Positions 1 to 12,331 of a stretch of DNA of 64,000 nucleotides are shown one piece after another; positions within the stretch are counted from its first letter, which is position 1, and each line of letters opens with the position of its first letter. The stretch spans positions 101,744,001-101,808,000 of the forward strand of contig NC_087472.1 of NCBI RefSeq assembly GCF_036321535.1, in the 5' to 3' direction. The stretch comes from Camelus dromedarius (Eukaryota). The notes beneath the pieces are model-generated. The model was not told where the DNA came from and did not search any database. It saw only the letters and a list, made by a program, of their open reading frames with translations. The position numbers were made by a program, and so were the translations under genes.

Positions 1-311
1 CTCTACCCACAGGTTTGCCCAGAAATGCTGGGGAATTAGCAAACCCCAGGAGTGTCTCTTAACAAATGACCCTTGGGAGGTGGAGTATAAGTACCCCAGC
101 TCCCTCATCCCTCAGGTGGGAGCACTCTGAGCATCTCCCTTGGGATTCAGCTCTAGTGGCTCACGTTGGTAATTCACTTAATAACCCTTTCATAGCTTCA
201 TTTTCTTCCCCATCTCCCTTCTCTAGTCTGCTGCCCGTGTTTCCTTCACCTCTCAAATAAAGTACTTCAGCCTTTGCCTCAGGGTGTGCTTCTGGAGAAC
301 ACAAACTAAAA
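1..311 (+). mobile_element. ERVL solo LTR, LTR16 family (5' part beyond window edge)
   Basis: Has the LTR16-type TATA region (ggagtataagtaccccagc) and 3' end (aaataaagtact...ctcagggtgtgcttctggagaacacaaactaaa), by recalled consensus. Confidence 0.75.
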
Positions 312-661
312 TGGCCACCCATAATCCACTTATGGTATCTACCATTTTGGGGCAGTAGCTACCATATGTGCAAATACTAAGGAAGAGGCTGAGAATAAGT
401 ACCAGGAAAGATGAAAGCCAAAAACTTCAGACCCTGGTTCATCTGGACTAAGATTCTGTTCCTGACCAAAATGCACATTTAGACCTCTTCTATCATCATC
501 CAAAATTAGACCAATGTGCCCTCAACTCCCTAATTTTTCCTCTCACAACCCCTTAAAACTTTACAATATATTATTGCACCATTTTGGGAAATTAATTTCA
601 CATTTTCTGTTCCCAGGAAAGGGTCCCTTCCTTGACCGTTTCAGTGCCTTTTATATTTCTC

Positions 662-893
662 ATTTCAAAATTGTAGAATAGATAAACAAGATTACACTGT
701 ATAGCACAGGGAAATATACACAAAATGTTATGATAACTCACAGAGAAAAAAATGTGACAATGAGTGTGTATATGTCCATGAATGACTGAAAAATTGTGCT
801 GAACACTGGAATTTGACACAACATTGTAAAATGATTATAAATCAATAAAAAATGTTAAAAAAAATAATAATAAATAAACATAGAAAAAAAAAA
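662..893 (+). mobile_element. 5'-truncated young camelid-type L1 3' end with A-rich tail
   Basis: tagataaacaag...ctgtatagcacagggaaatata...acaacattgtaaaatgattataaatcaataaaa followed by poly(A). No clear TSD. Confidence 0.85.
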
Positions 894-1015
894 CTTTGCC
901 CATGAGACTGGGTCATTTCTTTTTTTTTAATTCTAAAAGTTGGCACTATGTAGTGGGCAGCTCTCCAAGTTCTAATCCAGCCCTGCCAAGACAAACCATG
1001 CTTTGGGAAGACATG

Positions 1016-1040
1016 GTGTGTGCGTGTGTGTGTGTGTGTG
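1016..1040. repeat. Imperfect (TG)n microsatellite
   Basis: gtgtgtgcgtgtgtgtgtgtgtgtg read directly. Confidence 0.9.
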
Positions 1041-2604
1041 GACCTCAAAGTGACCCTACACACTGGCTTTAGAAGTCAAGAGCTGGGAATGCAGGAAAGA
1101 GGGCTCCTCTGCTCTTGCTCCCTCCAAGGCCCAACAAGGGAAGACTTTTCATTCCAATGCACTCTTGATACTCATGTAAACCCTCTTCTCCTTCCCAGAC
1201 AATGGACTGGAGACAGCACCTCTGCACGCCTCCCAAATGGGTGATCTGGCAAAAGTAAAAGGAGAGGACCACGTGGGCTGGGAATGAGGAGACAGCAAGA
1301 GAAATGTTCCTATTTCGGCCGGTTCCTTCATCACAGATAGTTTCTCCCTAATACACAGCCACGATGGCTACCTAACTGAGCAACACAGAGTCAGTGGGAA
1401 ATTCAAGGGAACTCAGAGCAAGACAAGGCTCGTGGACTTCATGCCCGGGGTAGTCAACCTGGGAGGGCAGATGAATGCCCAAGGCTTTCCCTAGAAAGCA
1501 GGCCTCATTGGACATCCCTCAGCTTCAGTTTCATTGCCAAGGGAATGAGCTCTTTATAAAGACATGGGAGTTGCTCTTGAGCAGGCCTGGTGGGCAGGAG
1601 TTGGGGAGGGTGACAGTCTCCTCAGAGGAGCACTCTGGGAATTTGTTCTCAGGACGGTGAAGGCTGCCATCATTTAAAGGCCACTGGGAGGCCCTGGGGA
1701 AAATGGCCTTTGGGTGGGACTGTTAGCTTGTGTTGCCCCTTCAGCCAGGCTGAGCCAGCAGAGTGGGCCACTACTGTTGAATTTGGTAGTTAAGGATCAA
1801 CATAAATTTGAGTGGCTTAAAAACTGTGATCACCTGAAAGACAGTAGGAGGCTGTGTTCCAGGAAGAGAGAAAATAAGGGAGTATTCAGCCCTCCCCAAT
1901 TTTTATGCTGAGGCCAGTGGAGCCTGTTTTCAGGCTGAAGGCTGTTTGGAGTGTTTATTTGTCTACACAGTGCTGAACCGTGTGTTGCAGTGACAGCTGG
2001 CAAAGGAGAAGAGTCACGCTACCCTGACACCATGAGGCGGCCCATCGTGGAAGAGCTGGATGATTCAAGAGGTACACGTCACCTGGCCTCCTGGCCTTGC
2101 TGGCAAGGATACCTGAATGGAGAGAACCCACGGGTTTCCCAAAGGGCAGCAAGTATCTGTGGGGAGCTTTTCCCTGATTCTGAACTTGGAGATCTCTGTT
2201 TACGTCACTGGAAGTCCAAAGATGGGAAATCAGTCTTTCAAATATAGGAGAGTTTAGCAACCAATCCTGAAGATCTCCTTCCAGTTGGCTAGCCTGTGAC
2301 CCACAAACCACCACCACAAATCAATGGGCAAGTCCACGTCACCGGAAATAAGTCTAATGGGTCCTGGAAGCAGGTGCCCAGGGAAAGAAGGCTCTCACAT
2401 CAACCTTGTGCCATCCATCAGAAGGCTGGAAGGGGAGCTCCCAGCTTCCTTAAACCAGTGGCCCTCAAAACGCAGCATGGGCACCCCAGAGGTGAAGAAT
2501 AACAAAAGGCCATGGATATATGCATGTATACTGACCCCCTCTTCTTACATTTTCTATTTTTATATGTCTTTTAAAATGTAATTGTTTTAAAATATACATA
2601 AATC

Positions 2605-3045
2605 AGGTTTCTCTAGCAGAATCAGAGACAAGGATTCAAGGGTAAAGAGTTGATTTGGGAGATCTGAGGGACTTCCAGGAGTGGGGTGAGGAAGTAAACC
2701 AGAGAAAGGAAGGAAGCCAGTAGAGAGAGTGCTAGCAAGTCACTGGCGCTCAGCCCCACTGGGAGACTCTGCAAAAGAATGGACACTTCCAAGTACTTCC
2801 ACTTCCTGGGGGTGAGGGAGCTGGGGGATTTACACAGCAGCCCCCATCATCAATTGGATGAGGGCTCTTCAAGGGGACTTGAATCCCCTTGCACTTCTGG
2901 CCTGCCCAGGGAGCCAGCAGAGGGGTCTTCTGTATTTTTAGAGGAAGCCCACAGGCAAAAGTGTGGACAATCTGACAGCTGGCTATCAGAAGGCTCGCCC
3001 GAAGGGTGAAGGCTCAGGGATACAGGCAGGGATGGCTACAGAAAG
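2605..3045 (-). mobile_element. LTR16-family solo LTR
   Basis: Reverse complement of the LTR16 3' end (agcaga...gagacaaggattcaagggtaaagagttgatttggga) and the ggtgagggagctgggggattta TATA region. Confidence 0.7.
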
Positions 3046-3859
3046 CAATATATTACTACAGCAACCCATGCACATAACTGCTCAATAAATACTGCGGGCT
3101 CTGTTACTTTCACACTGATTGGGGGCATGGAAGCCATTGCTTTAACCCACGCTCAGGCTAAGAGCGCCTCTCTTCGCCTGAGTTGAGAGGCCAGAATCAA
3201 GCCTTTGCTTAAAGGTCTCCAGAGTCAAATATTACACCCTCCTTCCGATGCAAAGGCCAGTAGCCAGCACTTGGTCAACCAGCGGGGATGGTGTATGTCC
3301 TCGGGGTAGGCAGGGCTCCACAGAGAACATATCTACATAGATTTCCATCCACAGTACTGCACTTCCTTCAGGCCATTAGCTCCCCTCCTCTGCTGAGTAA
3401 AAAATTCCAAAGGCCAGCATTCACTGGAGCATCTTCCCAATCCAAGCAGCCACACAGAAAAGAGGGGGATCTGAGACAATTTGGAGGCTTTTGCTACCCT
3501 GGACATGAGTAACTGCTACAAATAACTCAACAGATAACTCAGATTCCCTTTCTCACCCCTGGGAGATCAAAAGGCATTCAAGTTTTAAAGAAGATGGGAC
3601 TTCACTTTCTTTAAGCAATGCTATTTGCTGAATGAGTACCAAAATGAACCAATGAATGAACAAAACAAACTTCCAGTCTACAGTAGGCAATTTCTCTTGG
3701 GATCAGATGAGAAATTATGATGAATACCCATTCTTTGTATTGCATCTCAATCTTGTTGCCTTCCGAACCATAGTTTGCCCTGTCTGCTCGTGAATGGACA
3801 AACAGCATTTGGGCAGAAACAGAGCTAGAGGAACCTTTCCTCACCTTGTCAAAATATGA

Positions 3860-4060
3860 CTGTGTGCTGGGCACTGCTCTTCAATTTGGAGGCATTGTCT
3901 CATGTACTGAATCTTCCAGGAATCCTTGAGACGGGTATTATTCCTCCCATTTACCAGATGAGAAGACTAACTTTCAGAGAGTGTCACCTTCTCAAGGTCA
4001 TGTAGCTGGTAAGGGGGGGTACGGGGGTCAGGACCCAACTCTGGCTGCAGAGCTTATGCA
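3860..4060 (-). mobile_element. MIR SINE
   Basis: MIR core attattcctcccatttaccagatgagaagact...caaggtcatgtagctggtaag. Confidence 0.75.
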
Positions 4061-4853
4061 CACCCAGGACGGACCCTGAGGCTTTGGCTAGAAATCCCCA
4101 GGGAACAGCCTTTCTCTTCTCCGATGAGACTTCTAAATCAGCCTGCTCCTGAGCAGACCAAAAAAGCTCGAAATTCTAGGAACAACCCTTCCTGCTGTCC
4201 AAATGTTTCTGTCACTCCCAGTCCCAACCTCGGAAGTATTTCAAAAGAAAAAAAAATTGAAAATAAAACCCAGACTTGATTCTTCTCCACAGTCTAACTC
4301 AAACCCCCTTTAAATGCAGTCTGGGACTGAAAGCCAGGTTCAACAGAACGTGTATTTTCTCCAAACCCGTCTGCTCTTCTCTGCTGCCAGCAACACATTT
4401 TTTTAAAATCTAATCTCTGTTTTCTTTACATGAATCTAGACCAAATGTGACTTCTCCCCTGCATGGGAAAATAAATTATTTCAAACGTAATTTTCTCCTC
4501 CGGTTTGTTCCTGCTCCTCCAGAGACCTTTGAAGAGTATAACTCCAGCTGCAAGCTGCCTGCTACTGCAGCGCCAGCAGGAACCCCCCCCCCCCAAGGTC
4601 CCCTGGGGCGTGGATGGAAGGGGGAGTCTGGGGGGCAGCCTAGCTAATCCCTTAGCACCTCAGATTCCTGCTTCACACTCCAAGATGGTATCTTAATTCC
4701 CCCCATAAACGAGGATTGGGGAAGTGGAAATGAACAGCTAGGCTCAAAAAAAAACAAAAGTGGCGATCACATTGAGTCTTTCTCATCCTGTTATATGCAA
4801 TCCTTGCTAAGTGGGAGCTAGTAAGGGGAATACGCTTGGCACCTCTTGAAGGC

Positions 4854-5038
4854 CACTGCCACTCAAAGTGTGGTCCCCAGACAAAGAGCATGGGCATCAC
4901 CGGGGAGCTCAGCAGAAGGGTCAACTCTCAAGCCAATTCCAGACCCACTGAATCTGTCTCTAACGGTGGGGCTCAGCAATCTGAACACTGCCAAGCTTTC
5001 CAGGTGATTCTATACACGCTCCAGTATGAGAAGCCCTG
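4854..5038. mobile_element. MER5A hAT-Charlie MITE
   Basis: ctcaaagtgtggtcc...gggcatcaccggggagct...caggtgattctat...tgagaagccctg. Confidence 0.75.
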
Positions 5039-6871
5039 CTTGAGGTTGTTGTCCACCCATAATGGAGACCCATGGCCTTGAAGCTCAAATCTGTCACTGT
5101 AGTCTGGTGAGGGGACAAAGAACCACTGAACATGAAACAAATCCCAACCAAGGCTTGAAAGATAACAGTCCCCTGGCAGCCCCTCCCACTCACTGAAGAG
5201 CCTCCATGCACCTCGTGGGAGCAACACAGCACACTCACTGTGGGGAAGGGTTTTCTAACCAGGAGAGGATTAACGGTCACCGCCACTGTGAACACGGCCA
5301 CTGAGCCTTAACAGTGAGTCCTTCCTTACAGATCTGCAAATAGAAACACAGGTCTTCCGGTGGGGTTTCAAACTCTTGGAGACAAAACAAGGCAGACTCA
5401 GACAGCCCTTTATCTCACCATATGCCAGTCAGCAAGAAATGGCTCCTCCTAGAATGGTCCTACTGGGCTGACCTCACCAGAGTTCCCAGTTCTGCACAAC
5501 AGAGAGCTTCCACAGTCCGGGCTGAGACTGGGCAGGTGCTACCCTTGTTTGCCTGTTGTTGATAAATGGGGATTAACATGTCACCCTCCATTCACTTTGT
5601 CATCTCGTCCACCTTCATGACCTGTGTTCCCTCCCCAGCTCTGGCCTGTCTGGGAATACAGGACATTTAGAAGGTCTCTGTATAGTGTTCTGAGAAAAGG
5701 CATTAGAGAAACTCAGTAACAAGCTTGGCTTGAGGAACTAGACCCTGAGACCCCCCAGCTGTCTTCCTAGACAGTGGAAGAGTCAGAAGCAGCCCAGCAA
5801 AGCCTACAGCAAGGCTCCTGGGTCTTCCATTTCCCCAAACTCAAATCATCTCTCATATGACAGCAAAGCACTTAAGGAGACAAATACAGATGCACTGGGC
5901 AGCGGTGAGCTGACTTAGGGCCCTGGGGACAGCGGGCTCTCCTGAGCTGGTGGGAGAGCACCACAAAGCTCCCATGAGCCACTGGGCTCACGATCAGAAG
6001 GGCCACACTAAGAACCAAATCCAAGTTTTTAAGGAAGTCGGCCCAGCAGCTTTGGGATTCCTCACCCCTTCCACAGGCGGCACACAGAAGTCCTTGGGGC
6101 ACTGGGTCACTGGCCAAGTGGCTTCTAGCCGGGCCCCATCTCCTCTTTTCCACTCCAGGAGGCCCAAGGTGCATACTTGTTAATGAAGCATGAGGTCTGA
6201 GAAATCTTGTCCCCCCAGACCCCCCCCAAAGAGGGGTTTCCAGGCAGCCACGTGGGCTGCCCAGGGCACAAAGAAGAAGGCTGGAAGGCAGAAGGGGGAG
6301 GACTCAGAGGAGGTTCGAGGTCAGGAAAAGTTGTTTTTTTTCCACTAATAAATCAGATCACTCCAGCTCATTCTTGTTGGTCTTGGCTGGCAGGGCTACA
6401 AAATAACTCTGAGTCACCAATGCGACTCATGACAAGGGCTTCCTGTGTGGGATTCAGGCATTTCTCTTCTGTTTTCTTGGCAGGAGGAAGAAAGCAGCAC
6501 AAAGCAGTAGAAGAAAGGAGTGAGGAAAGAGTTAATCTGCTGGGTTACCAGGTTCTTGGTCCAAAGCCCATTCATGCTGGCTGTTGATGTGTGATTAAGT
6601 CCAGTAATGATACCTCCGAACCACCTGGATAAAAAGCTCACCAGGTTCTGAACCAGCTCCTTTCCGGCTCTCTAGAACTCCCCCCAGGAGGGCAGGGCCC
6701 TGGCCTGTTCCTCTGTTGAAGAGTCCCGGCTCAGGCCTTGTTCAAACACATATCCCAAGGGAAAGACCTTGGAGCGAGCTTTCCTGACCTCTCCAAGGAA
6801 GCTTTTGAAGCCTCCTGCCTTTTAGTTATTGGCTCTGCCTCAGGAGAGGCAAGGGAGAGGAGGACTCTGCA

Positions 6872-6984
6872 GACGACAGCTCATACAGTGGTTTGTTCAG
6901 GACTGGGGAGTTCCTCAGGACACGGGACTCTCACTGTTAGAACCAGGACAGACCTGGGCAAACTGGGATGTGCTGGTCATCCTA
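6872..6984. mobile_element. MER81-like hAT-Blackjack MITE
   Basis: ggtttgttcaggactggggagttcctcaggacacgggactctcactgttagaaccaggacagacctgggcaaactgggatgtgctggtcatccta fits the recalled MER81 layout and ggtcacccta TIR. Confidence 0.7.
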
Positions 6985-7084
6985 CAGCTGAAAGCTGTGA
7001 GAACCTTGGAGGGGGGGCCAGGGAGAAAACCCCGTGTTCTCAGTCTACATTCCAGAAACATCACCCTCTCAGACAATGAAGAAC

Positions 7085-7212
7085 ACATGAACCACCCAGG
7101 CACTGAGCTAAAATGCAGATGCTGATTCGGTGGGTCTGGGCTGGAGCCTGTGATTCTGCATTTCTAACCAGCCATGAGATGATACTGATGTCATCACCAG
7201 GGATCTACACTC
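7085..7212. mobile_element. MER5 fragment
   Basis: aaatgcagatgctgattc...ggtctggg...agcctgtgattctgcatttctaacca. Confidence 0.7.
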
Positions 7213-7398
7213 ATTCCCTGTTTCAGGGAGGTCACAAACTGTATCAAAGCATCCCTCTGCCTTCTCAATTCCTCTTCCATGCTTTTGCCCAGGAGGACTA
7301 GTATGCCCTACTGCCTTGTCATGTCCAATAAAGAACAGGACACCACTGGCCACAGAATCTGCTAAAAATGCTCCTGGCCAGGAAGTCGAAAATATTGG

Positions 7399-7899
7399 TG
7401 TGGCAGGCACTGTTGGCCCACAGTTCCCTCTCCAACCATTCTTCCTTGTCGCCTTCTATTTCAAAGCCTTGAAATTTGAAATGCTTTCTTTCCCAGTCCA
7501 CAGCTAGGGGTGTCCCTGTGCCCCAGCCCTGGTTGATGAATCACGAGGAGAAAATCTTCTGGGAGCTAGAAATGGAAGACTGGGAAAGTTTTGTTTTCAT
7601 GATAAAAAGGAAACAGATGTGACTGATGCCGCCTTCCCCACCTTCCCTCTCCCTAGAATACAGATGCAATGCTTTGAGCTGAGCAGCCATCTTGCAACCA
7701 TGAGGAAAAGGCCAAGAGAATTTGAGGCACTAAACCCAGCATCACTGAGCCACTCACCCAATCTCTGCAGCCACCTACCTCCAGACCTTTGACTATCTGA
7801 AAAAACTAAAACCACACTTAGCTTAATTCCCACCCCTCGCCCCCCACAAGAGTTCAACTTTTCTATTTCTTCCAGTGCAATGCATTCCTGACTGATACA
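7399..7899 (+). mobile_element. MaLR solo LTR, MLT1J-like
   Basis: TG...CA termini (tgtggcagg ... cctgactgataca) and internal gcagccatcttgcaaccatgagg and cctacctccagac motifs. Confidence 0.75.
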
Positions 7900-7937
7900 A
7901 CAGGTCTCCCTAAGCCAAATACTACTCCAGCAGATGT

Positions 7938-8040
7938 CAGGGTGGCTGTCTTGAGCCGTACAGACTGTATACTCCAGGGAGCATCATTTACAATGTCTTT
8001 GGAGTTGTGCAGACACCACCTGCATTACCACGCAGGTCAG
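7938..8040. mobile_element. MER91-like hAT-Tip100 MITE
   Basis: actccagggagcatcatttaca...tggagttgtgca resembles the palindromic MER91 core. Confidence 0.45.
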
Positions 8041-8064
8041 TTATGGAGGTTGTGCAGCACAAGG

Positions 8065-8265
8065 TGTTTGGAGCCAGATCTTGGTGGAAACCCACTTCTA
8101 CTACTTGCTTTCCTAATCGGCCTTAGACCAGCTCTGTAACCTCTCTGAGGCTCAGTTCCTTCTCTTTAAAGAAAAGAATAATGCCTTCTTGGGAGGATTC
8201 TTGTAAAGATTAAAGATATGTGTAAAACACCTGGCACGTAGCAGACACACTATAAATAGCAGATA
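8065..8265 (+). mobile_element. MIR SINE
   Basis: taacctctctgaggctcagttccttctctttaaa...ttgtaaagattaaa...cctggcacgtag. Confidence 0.75.
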
Positions 8266-8899
8266 TCATGACAGAAAGCATCACACGATCTGTGCTGGCG
8301 TCTGTTTGGAGCACCTTGCATTGAGTGACTGTAGTAATGATAAGGGTCTCCTCCTCCCACAGCTGCAGTGTGTCAGGCCCAGGCTCCTGCCAGGGACATC
8401 TGTGGAGGGCGCAGGGAGAGTGAGGGGGTGTGCAGGGAAGAGAGGGATGCCTGCACGTCAGGGAGGCATGCTCAGAGGGCGCCTTGCTCCATCTGATCGC
8501 CTACACTGGAGCGTCTGCTGTGCGCCGCCACTCGTGGGAACAGCAGTTTCATCAGTGACACCCTGCCATTGTGAAGCTTTGAATTTAGGTGATGTCCTGG
8601 GGAAACGGCCTCATCACCAGACCAAGGAGTTCTAACAGATGCTATGGGAACAGGCCATCCTCTTTGTTCCAAGAGGCGTGTCCACAGGAGCAAGAGTGGA
8701 CGAGATAGCTTTGACCATCCCTAGGTGCAGTAGTCAACATCAAGAATGCTGGGAAAGGGGACAGTCTCCCAGAGACATGCCACCCAGCTAATGCTAGTCC
8801 ACAAGGCTGAGAAAGAGTCTGGCCCCGGCAGCTCAAGGGAAGCACCAGGATTTATGACAATTCGAGAGCCAACCTGAAAAGCAGCCCCTGGTGTGGGTC

Positions 8900-9880
8900 C
8901 ATTCATCCGTCCTATGAATATCTTTTCTTTTCCTTTTTCTTTTTAAATTTTGTTCTTTACTGAAATGTAGTTGATTTACAATGTTAGTTTCAGGTGTACA
9001 GCAAAGTGATTCAGATATACATATAGATACATATATACACACACACATATATACACACATACATACATACATATATTTTCTTTTCAGATTCTTTTCCAGT
9101 ATGTGTTATTACAAGAAACTGAATACAGTTCTCTGTCCTACACAATAGGTCCTTGTTGTTCACCTATTTTATATACAGCAGTGTATATCTGTTAATCCCA
9201 AACTCCTAATTTACCTTTCCTTGCCCTTTCCCCTTTGGTGACCATAGACAGTTTTCTATGCCCCTACAAATATTTCTTGAGCTCCTCCTGTGCGCCAAGC
9301 AGGGTTATAGGCCTTGCTGGCCTGGTAATGAATAAGCCAAAAATCTTCGCCTTCACAGAGCTTACACGCTAATGCAGGAGGCAGATAATAAATATAATAC
9401 AAATGTAAAATAAATAGTTTGTTAGATGGTGATAAACGAGATGGAAAAAGGTAAGCGAGGAAGGAGGATTCAGAGAGCCTAGAGGATGCTCAGCAAACAG
9501 CTGAGCTGTGCAAACAGCTGGCGAAAGAGTGTTCCAGGCAGAGAAACAGCAAGAGAGGAAGCCCAGAGGCGGAAGCGCACGATGTGTTCCGGGAGCAGCC
9601 AGGGTGCCAGCGCAGAAGAGCTACACCAGGGCCCACCGTGCAGGGCCTTGTGGGCTGTCCCAGAGTGAGAGCTTTGGCTTTACCCTGACTGAGACAGGTG
9701 ACTTTTAGATGTCTTTGAGCAGAGGGGGAACAAGATCAGACCTCTTTTAAAAGGATTCTTCTAGCAGTTGTGTGCAGAGTGGACTAGAGGCGGGCAAAGG
9801 CAGAAGCGGGGAGATTGTTAGGAGGCTATTGTCACGATCATCCATGGGGCCAGACGAGGCAGTATGGGTGACCTTGCCTC
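8900..9880 (-). mobile_element. L2 LINE 3' region, interrupted by an L1
   Basis: Reverse complement of the L2 tail (attcat...aaatatttcttgagctcctcctgtgcgcc) and L2 3' motifs gtgttccaggcagagaaacagcaa, tttgagcagagg, gttaggaggctattg. Confidence 0.75.
8923..9262 (-). mobile_element. Artiodactyl-type L1 3' end inserted in L2
   Basis: T-rich tail, then gtagttgatttacaatgttagtttcaggtgtacagcaaagtgattcag...ccctttggtgaccata. Decayed TSD cctatgaatat (8911) / cctacaaatat (9263). Confidence 0.85.
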
Positions 9881-11754
9881 GCTAAGCTCCAGATCTCCAG
9901 GGTGCTGGGGGAGAGATGGGGCAACCAAAGGAACCCCGTGGGCATCCAACTGGACCACCTCTGTCCCTCCAGGGTAGACCCAGCAGGCTCCATCTGGAGC
10001 AGACGAGCTCCAGATACGGTGTCCAATGGCTACCCCATGGCTAAGTGACAGCAAAAGCCAGGTGCCCTGGGCCACATCCTGCCTTGGACTGTTGACTGCT
10101 GTGACACCATGGTGCCACCAGAGGCCGACCCAAGCATCTGCCAGCCTGATCTTGCCACAATCTTGACAAACACCCAAACAAGAGTTGTCTCCCTGGGACA
10201 TGACCCTGAGAGGTGATGCCAAGTCCAAGGAAGGTTTACAATAATGTTTAAAAAGGAAGGGTTAAGTGTGTGGTCAGGAACAAGCTGGATGTCCTGTGAG
10301 GTGGATTCCTTTTCCCCTCCAGCTGGGCTGTTTGTGTGTCTGTGTGTGCACGTGTCTGTGTATGTGTGTGTGAGCACATGCGCACAAATGCACAAGCAAG
10401 ATGGTAAGAGAACTAGAGAGAATAGTTAATTGTCTTGGGGTGCTTGTAGGTATCAAGAAATCACTTCCTTACCTATTTCTTGACATTTATGTTTATCCTC
10501 TTAAGAAAATCAGAGCCCTATGGTTAGCAGCCCAAACGCCCAGCGTTTGAACTTGAGCTCATCGGTAATAACGAATTCCATCTTTCTTCCAAACCCGTCA
10601 CTGTCTCTGTTGCATCCCACTCCCAGACTCAAGGAGCCTTGTCCAAGTCCTCTACTCTAGACCAATGTGACCTGGTTCAAACACACCCATTCCTGAGCGG
10701 GGTTTAAGGTCTTTACAAATTCTTCCTCTCCGCTGCCCCTGCCCCCGACCCAGTACCCCTGCTGTTGTCCCTGGTGCTGATATCAGCTGTCCTTCCAACT
10801 CTGAGAAAATCACATCGAGCCTCCTCTTGGAGAAGAAATAGTGCCCATTTCTGCAAGGGACCTTGGCCGCAGCTGTCACCCTGCTCCCTGTCGCTTCTGC
10901 CAAACAGGAACGGGCTTTGCTCTCACACTCACCACTGAGAAGAGCGGCTGTAAAGCCACTGAGTGTGGGATGGAAGATGACACTCTTGGGAGCTGAAAAC
11001 CTCTAAACACAAACAAGAGGAGGGCCCTGAGCTGCTTGGGAGGGGCCGCCGACAGCGTGCCTTTCTCTGGCACCCAGTGGGACAAGGCCCGCAGTTTTAC
11101 TGACACTGAGTGTCTGGGACGATGAGATCCGGGAACAATGGGCAGACAGGGCCAGGGTCAGACTCACAGGAAAAACTCAGCCCCTCGGGGCAGCAGGGAC
11201 AAGGCTCATTCACTTCCCCATTTTCCAAAAGGGCCCATTATTCACAGCCACTAACGTAAGCGGCCACCGGCAGGCCCTAATGGAAAGCAGGCAGTAAAGT
11301 GGGTCCTTTTCTGATGCTAATGTACAGCCTGTTTTTTTTTCAAATGAGAGGCTTACTCATCTAGAAACCTTTCTCAATAGGTCTCCTCCCCCTTTTCTTA
11401 CCGCCCTGCCACCTCTATTCTCTGCTATTAGCGTGAAGACTTGTTTCCCCCAAATGTGTCCATAGAGATGGGAAAATTAATTTAAACAGACATGTGTCAA
11501 CCCTGTTCTTAAAAAAAAAAAACGGGATGAGTCTGATAGACAAAAATGGACTTCAAGACTTGTTCTGTAGAGCAGAGCGTGCTGGAATCTTGATCCAACA
11601 TTCACCTTCAAGGCGGGTGGAGGCCTTCCTCCAGGGCCTATGGTCAGCCCTCTTCCCTATTCCTCGCTCCACAGCCTGCTTTTTATTTGGCAATTCAGGG
11701 ATCCTCTGGGACCAGCTTCTCTAAGTCCTCTGAGGTTGTTTGGAAGGTTGTGCA

Positions 11755-11940
11755 GGCACATACACGTTGCGCATGTGCGTGGTGTGTACACGTGTGTAGT
11801 GTGCACGAGCACGTGGCTATGTGTGCGTGTATAGGGGGGTGAGCATGCACGTGTGGGGGTCCCTACATGCTCGTGCCTAGATGCAGGTGTGGGTGGGTGT
11901 GTGCATGTGGGACACACGCATGTGTACATGCGTGTGTCCC
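11755..11940. repeat. Degenerate purine-pyrimidine alternating (TG/CA/CG) tract ending in a 32-bp palindrome
   Basis: Read directly. Inverted arms are 11909-11923 and 11926-11940. Confidence 0.85.
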
Positions 11941-12331
11941 TAGCTTCTAGCAGATTCTCAAATCTCTCCATCTTTTCTCCCACCATCTTCAAGTCAAGAA
12001 GGCATCCATTTCTACTACATTACCGCCCCCACCCCAGCTTCTGTCCTAGGGGATCTGCAGGCTTGGCAAATGCATGGAGCTCTGGAAACATTTGTGGAAG
12101 GACTTTGAGCAAGCAGCAGGGTGAGACCCATCAGCACCTCGGCCTGCAGAGGAACAAAATCTCATTCATCAAATCTGGTCCTCCTTCAGATTTTCTAGTT
12201 CTCACTGGCCCTACCATTCCTCTCACCCAGCTCCTCACCCTTGACACCGCTGCAGCCAGCCTCCTCTCACAGCTGCTACCTGTAAACAAGCTGCTGAAAT
12301 GTCTCTAGCATCCCTGACCTCCTGGGGAAAC

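Noticed and set aside
1600..2450. Possible ancient LTR or other unassigned repeat
   Set aside because: It looks repeat-derived, but I could not match it to a family with confidence; it needs a Dfam search.
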